Under the pieces are notes generated by a model. That model was not told where the DNA came from. It saw only the letters and a list, made by a program, of their open reading frames with translations, and did no database searches. Made by a program: the position numbers and the translations under genes. DNA of 64,000 nt, from positions 10,932,463 through 10,996,462 of the forward strand of contig OZ037770.1 in NCBI GenBank assembly GCA_964035545.1, in the 5' to 3' direction. The stretch is from Bugula neritina (taxonomy: Eukaryota; Animalia; Bryozoa). Shown piece after piece: positions 27,597 through 38,516 of this stretch (within the stretch, counting starts at the first letter, position 1; each line of letters starts with the position of its first letter).

Positions 27597-30500
27597 ATGT
27601 TGGTTCTGTTTGAAACTCCGGCAGGGTATGCAATTTTCAAATTATTGGACGAGAAGGTTTTAAAAAAGCCAGATGAAATCTTCAAAAGCTTTGAAACAGT
27701 TGAATCGGCCAACAAAGTTGTTAAGCTTCAACATTTTTGCAAGTTCGAAGATACTACTCAAGCTTTGGCTGCGGCTACAGCCCTAATTGAGGGTAAAATC
27801 AGCTCAGATTTGAAAAAGGTATGCCTAAGCCATAATAATAAGTATTGATATTCAATACCTGTAACATAATGTATCAATATGATCCAATTGGGTGATTGTG
27901 ATAGTCATACTCATAGTCATAGTGATTGTCAATGTGATCATATTGATGTTGATATTCAGTTTCACATTGCTATCGATGTTACACTTATTGTTTATAATTA
28001 TAATCATTATTCATAATTCATAGTTTGCTTTATTCAAATAATTGATACAAAGACAAGCATACATAGAATTAAATTTAATAATATAAATATTAAATAAATG
28101 TATGCTATGCCTATGGCGATTGGCTTGATTGTAATAATTATAACAGTAATTGTAGGCTAGTTGTGGTTCTAGTTCTACTTAATTAAACAGTAATTTAATA
28201 ATATTTTCTCAAGGGAAAGTGAGGTGTATTTCAATTTGCTGTTTGAAATATTGAACAATAATGGTTAGTTCTTTTTTAATTGCTGTTACTTACAGTCACT
28301 TGCTTAGGATTGATTAAGGCAGTCACAGTATGATTTGAAAACTTACACTACCGAAATACAACATTAACTTATTAAGAAATCTTCCAATAATTTCCCCTGT
28401 TATTTTATAGCTGCTCAAAAAGGTCACAAAAGAGACCCAAGAACAACTGTTAGTTGCTGATGCAAAGCTGGGAAATGCCATTAAGGAGAAGTTTGATATT
28501 CCTTGTCTGGCAACCACCCCAGTCCAGGAGCTGATGAGAAGTATTAGGAGTCAGATGAACAGTCTGGTTAGTGGAATACCAGAGAAAGAGATGTCCGCCT
28601 TCGCTCTAGGTATTCCTTCATTTAAATTCTCACATGTTCACTGCTGATGTAGTGTTACTTGTATAAGGCAGGTGTTCTGTTTAAGATATGTTACTGGGGA
28701 AAACAACTGTATTTTTTAATGTTTCTGGCACTGTGTAGTGCTCCCTCCGTATTTCACTAAGCTGCCGGCTTGAAACCTCAATTCGTGACATGGTAGAAGT
28801 TTAGATTTAGCTCATGGATCCATTAAATTAAACTATTGTGTCCCTATACACACGCAAATTTCAAAATAGGGGCTCAGGCCTTTCTCGTAGTCCATGGAAT
28901 TTCGTGAGGCTAGAAAACGTGAGATGTGAAGGGAGCATTTGTAATTGTAATTTTTTATTGAAAAATTGTGTTTTCATATAATCAAATTTATAGTTTCAAA
29001 CTTAGCAGACTAGTTTCCTCCTTTAACTTGAGCAGAAATGTGTACGGGACGGTGCGTTTCACTTCCTAGGTTTGGCTCACAGTCTCTCTCGGTACAAGTT
29101 GAAGTTTTCTCCCGATAAAGTGGACACAATGATCGTGCAGGCTATTTCACTTCTCGACGACATAGACAAAGAACTTAACAACTACAACATGAGATGTAGA
29201 GAGTGGTATGGCTGGCACTTCCCGGAATTATCCAAAATTGTCACTGACCACGTGGCCTATGCCAAGGTGATCCTTTAGTCCTTCTCTCGCTTGTATGGCC
29301 ACTGGGGTGTTCTAGATTAATTTGTGTTTTTACTAGGTTTCTGGTCTTGCTCTCTTGTTTTGAAAGTTCTAATTATGAATTTCTGATAACTCCTAGTGTT
29401 GCTGAACAGTAGTGTGGCATTCAATTTTAGAGAAGTTGCTGCAGCTCCCATTACAACTTGACAATGTTTTCCTCTCTGTACACACTGAAGTTTCGTATTT
29501 AATGATATGAAAGATTTCTGTTATGTTCAACTCTTATTAAAAATTAATATTTCCTCCCTATTTGTACACATGCTGTAGTTTTGTGACTATTCAAAGGTCA
29601 TTAAGGCAGTTGGTCACCGTACCAACGCTCTAAATGTGGATCTGAAGGAGATCCTGCCAGAAGAGATGGAGGCAGAGGTGAAGGAAGCTGCGGAAATATC
29701 CATGGGATCTGAGGTGTGTGTAGAGTAGAGTAACAGTGTTGTGTGTGTAGTAACAACTGAGGATACTGCAATGTATAAATCTAGTATAATCTCTCATAGT
29801 TTCCTGAAATGTGTGTGATGGACTTTCTACTGGTGTTTCAAATGAAACATTTAACAGCGAAAGCCTGATTATTAACTTCTAGTATTCACCTTCTTCGTTA
29901 CAGGTGGCTGACGAGGACATACTCAATGTCACTCATCTGTGTGACCAGATATTGGACATGCATGACTACAGAGCTCAGCTGTATGACTACCTTAAGAACA
30001 GAATGTACGCCGTAGCCCCGAATCTCACTGTCCTGGTCGGGGAGCTGATTGGAGCCCGTCTCATCTCTCATGCAGGTAGGCTACTCAGCTAACTCTTCAC
30101 ATGCAGTATAATCAGCTTAATCTGACCTTTCCAACTGGCTGCACAGGTTGTTTCACCTGCTGCTCGTAAATGTAAGATAAGTCGCAACTCACATGACAAT
30201 GGTTTCCATTACTTACCATTATGCAAATGGATGATAGTACAGATAAGTATGTGGTTGTGGTTTGTATGAGTTTCATTCGATGTATAACTGTTTCCAAGCA
30301 TGAGTGTATATAAATATTTATTAGTAGATGGCTTTCACATTTTCAAATTATAAAAATTACTCCGCTGAACACACTTCCAAGTTATTTAGATGTGTTAACT
30401 GCAGATTTCAGGTTCTCCATTGCTTTGTCCAGTGTCTGTCTGTTTTATCTCTTTATTAAGGCCACTCAACGCATACGTTTCACGATGCAATACATTACAC

Positions 30501-31370
30501 AGTTGTAGTTGTCTACCCTTTGTATTCACTGCAGGCTCACTGATGAATCTGGCCAAACACCCATCTTCCACCATACAGATCCTGGGTGCCGAGAAGGCCT
30601 TGTTCAGAGCTCTCAAAACTAAACACGATACCCCGAAATACGGGCTCCTCTACCACGCCTCCCTAGTCGGTGGCACCAACCAGAAGGTAACAACTTCTTC
30701 ACCAGTTCTGGATATTTTCTAAAGTGTATACTAGCAGAACTTTGTTCTGATTGGCTCGTGTTTGGCGTATGTTAACTTATAACGGCTGTGTTTCAACTTC
30801 TGTACCTGCTCTGAATACCAAGTCAGTTTCAACCTATGAATATTCACTAAAGTATATACTTGCAGAACTTCATTATGATTAGTTTGTGTTTGGAGTATGA
30901 AACATGCTTACGTTTGGGTTTCAGCTTAAGGGAAAGATAAGTAGAATGTTGGCAGCTAAAGCCGCTCTCGCTGTCAGAGTGGATGCTCTGGGTGACTCAA
31001 CTGATGCCGAGCTCGGAGCAGAGCACAGAGCTAATCTGGAGGCCAGGTAGGTGTCGGCAATTCTCTTATACATCATCTATCATTATATTATAAGCTTTTT
31101 CTAGTCTATTTGATTATGTTATGATATTTTACGCCAAATTATACAAGATTTTTGTACTCACTTGTCACACCACAATAGCTGCTCAACTGTCTTTAGATAA
31201 GTGGAGAATTTCTCACTCATCTGTTATTGTTGTAACCTCCCATTTGCTTTTATATTCTGATGGACATACAAACTCCATATTAACACCTGACTTTACTACT
31301 AGTGCAGTTCTTGTGTACTTGACTGATCAAATTCCCTAACTAGCTTCAAACTTTCTCTTGCTACTACTAT

Positions 31371-31402
<32 letters not shown>

Positions 31403-33833
31403 TTACTACTACTACCGATACTACTACTAGTGCTACGGATACTGCTACTACCACCACCACCACTACTACTACTACTACTACTGCTGCTGCTGCTAATAAT
31501 ACTACTACTGCTTCTGATACTACTGATACTAGTACTACTACTGCTGCTGCTACCAGTACTACTGGTGCTGCTGCTGCTTCTGATACTACTGCTGCTGCTA
31601 CTACTGATACTAGTACTATTACTACTACTGCTGCTGCTACAATTCTTGTCCACTGCACTTGCACTATATCTAACCTCAAACTTTCTTTTTGTGGATATTA
31701 GGGAACTGTAGTTACGTTTGAGTTTTCACTTCAAGTATTGTAGACTTCCTTGTCAGTTGTAACATTGATGTCTACGGTTACTCAGTCTGTTGTCTACCCC
31801 AATGTGTGTTTTCAGACTCAAGATGTTGGAGACGGGAGAGTTCCATCGTCTAGCCGGCCGGGGAAATAAGAGGAAAGCCATGGATAAGTACACAAACAAA
31901 GCAGAGGTGAAGGTGTACAACTCCGCAGCAGACTCTACACTTCCTGTCAAGAGTGCGGCAGAGGAAGAAGACGAGACAGAGACTAAACCGCCCAAGAAGA
32001 AGGTAGGGCAGTGAAGAGATGTGTGTCTGCTAGCTCTGCGTACATTAGGGAAGCTCTAACACTGCGTTTCCATAGAGTAGCATTATTCGAATGGATTTTC
32101 CATTTGGTGTTTGGAAACAGTTAGACTGAATGAAACCACAACCAAAAGTTAATACAAACTGCAACCACAAATTCATCCACTTGAAGCAATGGAAATGCAG
32201 TGTAAGCGACACGCACGCCTGATGTGCAAGAAAACTTGTTTAGCCCAAAAATGGGCCGTCTTGTTCGGGATTTTCATGCGTCTAACATGCTGAGCGAGAA
32301 GTGCGGCAAGCTGGTGCGTGTTTGATCTCATTGACTTATTATCATTTAGGGAGCACACTTTTTTATTTTAATTCACATTTTAGCTTTTAGCGAACTGAAT
32401 TAAAACAGCTTCATATAGTTTGCATTTCTGCTTTTATTATATCTAAAGTCACTTTGCCGATGACGTAGTTTTAAAAACAAACGTCTGTAGACGAGCAGTC
32501 AAGTGTAACCCTAACATCATTAGCTAATAAATTTCTGCACTTGCAATTCACGCATTGTGTGTGGCAGGTCTAAACGGGTTTTCTAGCACGTCACGCGAGT
32601 GTAAAATGCTTTGCTAAGTTAGCTCAATACTGAAACTTGTTTCAACATACTTTTCCTCTCTGTAAAACTGGTCATCACTTAGTTTAGTCTCCTCTGTTTT
32701 AGCGAAAGGTCAAGGAAGAACCAGAAGAGGTGAAGTCTGAACCTGTTACTCCCAAGTCTGAGAAGAAAAAGAAGGTAGTTGTGTTATTCTGGAATCGTTA
32801 GGTGATATTGTAATCAAAAGTTGTCATCATTGATATATGAAATTCTCGGTTTGCTGATATTTTTAATGATATGAAGTTTGTGTTGGATTGTCAAGTAATA
32901 CTCATTTAATTATTAGAGCGCAAAATGGTCATACAACTAGCTGTGTAATATGGAAATGACTCTGCAAGAGGCTAAGTTGTTGAAACACATGAGATAGTCT
33001 GCCAGCTATCTTTTTATGTTACGAAATGTTACCCACAGTCTACATTATTTTGAGTCACCAACTTAGTATAGGGGGTAGAATTTGTCTGAATTGCCCAGTT
33101 CCCTTGTCAATGCAACTGGGAAATGGCAACTGCACGTGTCAATGCTTGAGGAATACTAGGGTTGCCGTAGTTCTCTACTGTATAACTATTGGTGGGGCTG
33201 TTGTAATTATCTACTGTATCATTCGTAATGTAAATACAGTGTTGAACTAAATATTACAAATGAAATTTGTCATCTATTGTTGGAAGTTTACTAAAAAACG
33301 TTTGTGGTTTTTTTTTTCAGAAAAAGATACAAGAGGTGGAGGATACAGCTGAGATTGAGGAAGGGACTCCGAAACCAAAGAAGAAGAAATCGAAGCACTC
33401 TGTTGCTGAGGAGGTGGAAGGTGAGGGATTCTGTGTTTTACGTTCCGCTTCACAGCTGATTCACTTGAATTGTTTTAATTATATTTATTTCTAGTCAGAA
33501 TTGCTTGCATACCATTCAGTCCTAGGAATTTGGGGATTGTTTTCAAGTTATCAGCTCTAAGCCTGTGAGAAAGGGGTTCAAACTTCACTTCATGCTAGTA
33601 ACATAATTTATGAGTGTGGTGTGGCATAGAAATAGTTATGCTTGCATTGCTTTGCTTCTGTCATCAACTACCCTTTCAAGATTCCATCCCATGACGTTTG
33701 TCACGCTAGAGCAGGTTCTGCCTTCTACTTCTGCTAACCTCGGGATGTGTGTTCTGTTTTAGAAGATACGCCCGCACCCAGCACTTCAGAGAAAAAGAAA
33801 AAGAAGAAAAAATCAAAGCAGGAGGATGAGTAA
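27597..33833 (+). CDS. NOP58: Nucleolar protein 58 (box C/D snoRNP core), 11 exons
   Basis: Motifs: [81 protein letters not shown], and a K/E-rich tail. Exons are 27597-27818, 28411-28609, 29070-29266, 29597-29713, 29904-30075, 30535-30686, 30925-31046, 31816-32002, 32703-32774, 33321-33420 and 33763-33833. Confidence 0.96.
28737..28939 (+). ncRNA. Candidate structured intronic RNA (~200 nt) in NOP58 intron 2
   Basis: The closing stem TGCTCCCTCCGTATTTCAC / GTGAGATGTGAAGGGAGCA has three G-U pairs. Nested helices are CCTCA/TGAGG, ATTC/GAAT, CATGG/CCATG and CCCTAT/ATAGGG. Family not recognised. Confidence 0.4.
31359..31640. repeat. (CTA/CTG)n trinucleotide tract in NOP58 intron 7
   Basis: Directly visible; source of the spurious poly-L, poly-S and poly-V ORFs. 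Confidence 0.95.
32060..32202. mobile_element. Short PIF/Harbinger-type MITE candidate
   Basis: A 14-bp TIR (CACTGCGTTTCCAT / ATGGAAATGCAGTG) is flanked on both sides by TAA (32057-59 and 32203-05), the Harbinger target-site duplication. Confidence 0.55.
32208..32321 (+). ncRNA. Candidate structured intronic RNA hairpin in NOP58 intron 8
   Basis: Stems GACACGCAC/GTGCGTGTT and CTTGTTTAGC/GCTGAGCGAG (10 bp, 3 G-U) enclose a multibranch loop. The region is a GC-rich island in an AT-rich intron. Confidence 0.4.
32783..33272 (+). repeat. ~490-bp segment of NOP58 intron 9, inverted copy at ~34550-35005
   Basis: Colinear inverted similarity; both copies give the same short [17 protein letters not shown], on opposite strands. 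Confidence 0.85.
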
Positions 33834-34549
33834 TAGAAAAGAATTTGGACTGTTTTATATTTTACATTTTGTATATACAATGTATGTTTGGTTATAAATA
33901 TATATATTATACCAAATGGAACACCCTTTTCATAGCTTTTTGAAGTACATCCAGCACATGGCAAGTGTGTTGACATTTTATTTCTAATTTTATCTTTACT
34001 GGCTGTTTCTTTAAGGAAGTAAATTGAATAGCTGCACATCTTGTTTTGGTACAATTAGAAAATCCTGCGACAACATCTCTATTTGAGCAAAGTTTCTGGC
34101 CGCAGAAGGACTGTTTAAAATTTTGTGCATCTATTTAGTATTGAGCACTTATGTAACAGTAATATAGTGTATGTATGGTTTCAAGAAAGATAGAATCGAC
34201 TTAGCATGAAACATTCTCAATTCTCATTTAGACATTTAAATGCATTTTTAAATACATTTTTTCCTGCTCATGTTACATCATCTTCAAGCTTTTGCACTAG
34301 TAGACCTACAAACTGACGGAAGTCATTTTCTTGTGTCATTTTTATATCAAAATAACCAACACTTAATTTTTAAAGTAAATAATAATTCGGCTATACGTTT
34401 TCCTGCAAAGTTACATGATATAAGTGAGCTATGCTTTTGTTCTCAACTGCCTAGATTCTAGAACATGTAGCATTGAGTGGAAGTTTTGGAAACATATATG
34501 TAAATAAATACATATATTTATATGTGTATATATTTGTCACCACAATGTA

Positions 34550-35005
34550 TGACAAATTTCATCCGTAATATTTAGGTCAGCTCTGTAGTTACACTGCGAA
34601 TAATACAGTAGATAATTACAACAGCCCCTACGGATAGTTATACAGTAGGAAATGAAATTGTTATTTCCCAATTCCATTGACAAGCCAACTAGACAATCCA
34701 AACAAATTCTACTCTTTTTACTAAGTTGGTGACTCAAAATAATGTAGACTGTGGGCAACATCTCGTAGAATAAAAAGATAGCTGGCAGACTATCATGTGT
34801 GTACCAACAACATAGCCGTTTGCAAAATCATTTCCATCACACAGTTAGTTGTGTGACTGTTTTGTGCTCTAATAATTGAAAGTATTACTTGACAATCCAA
34901 CGTAAACTTTATCTCATTAAAAATGTAAGCAAACTCAGAATTTCATATATCAATGATGAGAGACAACTTTTGATTGAAATATCAGCCAACTATTCCAGAA
35001 TAACA
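34550..35005 (-). repeat. Inverted copy of the NOP58 intron-9 segment
   Basis: Reverse complement of 32783-33272 with moderate divergence. Confidence 0.85.
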
Positions 35006-35009
35006 CCAC

Positions 35010-36225
35010 TTCACAGTAACATTTTGCCCCTGTGGAGTGCATCATTTCTACAGGGACGTCATCCTTAGGCATCAAAAAACCCAACAGTGCTACGTCAGCC
35101 ACTTGTATGAAGTCGACCAGGAGTCTAACTGGAATTCCGGCACCTAACTCTGCCTCATGTGACTTCCTCTTTCCGACAGTGGAGAGCGACTGGGATGCCT
35201 CCATCTCCATCCCGAAGTCAGTCACATCAGTACCAGATGAGATGCAGACACACCCGCTTCGTGTGATAGTGACCTGTGCTGGCCGGTCCATAGAGGAAAC
35301 CACTCAACCTCTTTCTTCCCACCCATCTACTCTTTCTATGTCACGTTGGGAGAAACGGAAGAAGGCCAAGACTACCACGACTCCGGATAACACTTTGGAT
35401 AATGAGGTATGTGACAACCTGAGAAAGCTGCAGTGACGCTGCACGCAACCTTGTAAGGAGCAGAAGAGGACGGCGGCTGAGCTAACCAGACTACAGGAGC
35501 TCCTCAATAGGCGATTGAGTAATTAAACATGGAAAATGGTGGTTATGTTGGTCGTTTCCGCTCGGGGGGGGGGGGGTATGGATTACAATATTATATAGGT
35601 AGTTATTTTCAATTTCGGTTGTGGGGCAGTGCGCTATTTGTAAATATTATTGTGTACTCTTGTGTGGCGGTATAATAACCCTATCTGTGTTTTATTTTTT
35701 TTAAAAACTCATTATATGTGTAGATGTATACTTCTTTCTCCTGTGATTCTAATATTTTTTTGTGGTTCTTATAAGTTTTTCTTAGTTTTGTTGTTGTATT
35801 ATTCTGATGGTTAATTGTAAGAGGCCTTCCCTGTTGATAGGTCAGGAGCATGTAAGGAATTTATTACGCATTATATCGAACAGGCAACTCCATGTCTTAT
35901 TAATCTATTATCTAACATGCAATAGATGCAGTGTAGTTAGTCTAATGCAGCACCTACTGACACTAGGAACAATGGGATGGATAGTTCATGATAGGGATGG
36001 AACTAATGGGAAAAGTTGATTGACAGCGCTCTTGCATCAGTGCCCATTTGTCTGAGAGCAGTGGAATGTTGTATTGGAAGTGCAATTATGTAATATTTGT
36101 GTGCTTTTTCTCTAGTTAGTGATTTTTATATCACTTGTGTAAATAAACTATATTCTTACTCCAAGTCCACAGTATTGATTCAGCTTCAATTACCCACAAT
36201 CAAGTGAAAGCAGAAACTCACAACA
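35010..36225 (+). mobile_element. Possible 3' remnant of an LTR retrotransposon
   Basis: A GC-rich, coding-like stretch (ORF 35032-35436) is followed by purine-rich AGGTCAGGAGCA and then TGTAAGG...AATAAA...CAACA (35851-36225, TG..CA ends). No second LTR or diagnostic domain was seen. Confidence 0.35.
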
Positions 36226-36588
36226 ATATACTAAAACAAAAATGTGCAGAACTGTTAAGGTTCAAGTAGACATGAAAAGTCTTTAAGATTCTTAACTCTA
36301 CTTTTGAAATTTTACTGAGATTTTATGTCTTAGTACTAATTGCATGGGTGAAAATTTATCAATAGGAAATGTTCTACGTGAAAAAGCATAATTTTATTCA
36401 AAATAAAATAGTTACAATAAAAATTAACTTTTATCTTAAAAAGATGTAAGTATGTTACAACAGAGAAATTTTAGGCGAAGATGTTAGTTAAGCAAGAGAA
36501 CTTATAAAAATATAGTAGGATTAGCATTTGCTCAAAAACTGTCAAAGATTAAACAAAGGACTTTGCCAAGTATAGTTCAAGTGAGCTG

Positions 36589-37548
36589 TTAGCCGTTAAC
36601 TTCAATGGCTATGATTTCGACATCAGAAGAACTGTTTTCGGTTCGTTTCAGGAAAAATGGAATAGCCACTTGTGCAACATCTTTCAGAGTAAGGTCCTCA
36701 ACCTGACGGGAGAGCCAAGATCGACGATATCTAGTTCGGCGTTCTGAAAGTACATTATCACACTGTTTATGCAGCTTATAAGTTATAAAGTATACCATTA
36801 ATGGCTGTGGTTTCACTCGTTTAAAATTAATAATTAAAGAGTATTTTAAAAATTTGAAGATAGATTCACAAATTAATTTAAAAAACTTACTTAGTTATTA
36901 GAAATTGTAGTTTCACTAACAAAATTCAATTAAAATTTTTAGTTCATCAAAATTAGCATAAAGTAAGATTGGTTGCATTTTGCCATTCTAAGCTTGTTTA
37001 TATCAAATTAATAGAAGACTAACCAGTTAGTGGTGCTTGTTGATATGCCACAGCTCTCTTGTACCCGTTGAAACAAAACTCTTCAGCTTCCCTTGGAATG
37101 AGACTGCTGCCTTCTTCTAAGTCATCCAGAACTCGAAGTAAATACTTGCGTGCTTTGACCTGGTATCCAGGACTCCCGTACTTCAAATAGTTAAACAACC
37201 GGTCTCCTTCTTCAGCTGTTTCATGGAGTTTTGTTACATAACAAACTCCGTTCTTAACAACTTGAGCCACGTGAACATTCTATGTAAAACGGAAAAAGAG
37301 ATTTTAATGTCTTTAATAAGCAAAAAATATAAGAAGGAGTTATAAATAGTGAGACCAACACTTTTTACTATCTGTTTCACCTTGTAGTAAGCTTGCACAC
37401 TTTTTGTCTTGTTTTCCATATTTTCAACTACAGCAACCTTTCTATCCTCATCATAACCTACATTTACAAGGGTGGAGCCTCCCTAAAATTAATATGTTTA
37501 TCAAATATAATAATATGAGATATAACATGATGCATTATAAAGTGATTC

Positions 37549-37588
<40 letters not shown>

Positions 37589-37674
37589 ATCGTAGCTCGC
37601 ACTACGTGAAACAATATTGTAGTCAATAGAATGAAGATCTAAGTTTATTTTTATATCCAAAATTGTATCAGTAC

Positions 37675-37741
<67 letters not shown>

Positions 37742-37868
37742 ACTAACTCACCTCTGACAATGCAGCTTTAACGTATTCTCCATAACTATGATGACAAAGT
37801 TGAGAGAAGACAACTACCACCAGAACGAGCACCTGCCATTTACCTGTACTAGCCAGTGAGTGGTTCAT
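36589..37868 (-). CDS. BRICHOS-like precursor, paralogue A (signal peptide, BRICHOS-like domain, RYRR, 24-aa peptide, KR, acidic tail)
   Basis: Exons are 37868-37752 ([30 protein letters not shown]..), 37482-37381, 37279-37024 (GVCYVTKL ... EAEEFC) and ~36815-36589. The last acceptor is uncertain. A non-coding first exon lies at ~38490-38412. Confidence 0.7.
37584..37630 (+). ncRNA. 5'-truncated type I hammerhead ribozyme (Penelope-like remnant) in a (TA)n tract
   Basis: (C)TGATGA-T-CGTAG/CTACG-T-GAAA-CAATATTG-TA. It lacks the first C of the core and the 5' strand of stem I. Confidence 0.6.
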
Positions 37869-38507
37869 CTACAGTAGGAGAAATATTTTTATACTTGGAC
37901 GTTTCAATATTTATATTGCAAACAAAAATATATTGTTTTAATATTTTTGAACTAGGAATGGTATAACTGCAAGTCACTTAATACTATGTGATACTGTGTG
38001 ACAGTATATGCAAGCTATAATTTGATGAAATTAGATATTCATTAATTTACAATTTATGAGACTTTTCCAGTAACCTTACTTCCACTTCATTGGTTTAATG
38101 ATCTGATAAAAATTTCAATTGTTTTTAATTTTATAAAACAGCTGAGAATCTAAGGTAAATTTAGTCATTTTAAATCTGTATCATAAAGTTATCACAAAAG
38201 CATTTTGGAGGCAATTAATCTTTATAATGCCTTGCCCCAAATTCAGTAGATTTGATTTTTATCAAAAAAAAAGCTAATTTTGAAATTACACAGTCAGCAT
38301 ATATAAAAACAGTATTGAAAATTGTTGATTGAGTTCAATCACACAATAAACTTATTTTAAATATTTATAGTTGTATGAAAGCAGCCAGCTTGCAAAAAGA
38401 ATGGTACCAACCTTCAAGTAGTTGCAAAACCCAGTAGTTTGTACAAATTGCCCTTGTATCAGTATATAAGCATTCAACTGAATGATGCAGGGCTTCAGCT
38501 ACAAGCG

Positions 38508-38516
38508 CTTTTATAG
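38508..38516 (-). promoter_or_regulatory. TATA box of BRICHOS paralogue A
   Basis: CTATAAAAG on the minus strand, at the position equivalent to the TATAAATA upstream of paralogue B. Confidence 0.55.

Noticed and set aside
28739-28937. Stowaway-like MITE (CTCCCTCCGT end) or RNase MRP (AGGGGCTCA)
   Set aside because: No TA target duplication and no GAAAGUCCCC CR-I partner; kept only as an unclassified structure.
29814-29870. C/D snoRNA-like GTGATGG...CTGA in NOP58 intron 4
   Set aside because: Non-canonical C box, no terminal stem and no rRNA/snRNA complement I could recognise; would need snoscan.
31299-31711. Poly-Leu, poly-Ser and poly-Val ORFs
   Set aside because: Translations of an intronic trinucleotide repeat.
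32563-32700. RNase P RNA CR-I-like GGCAGGTCTAA
   Set aside because: No downstream CR-V/P4 partner within the intron.
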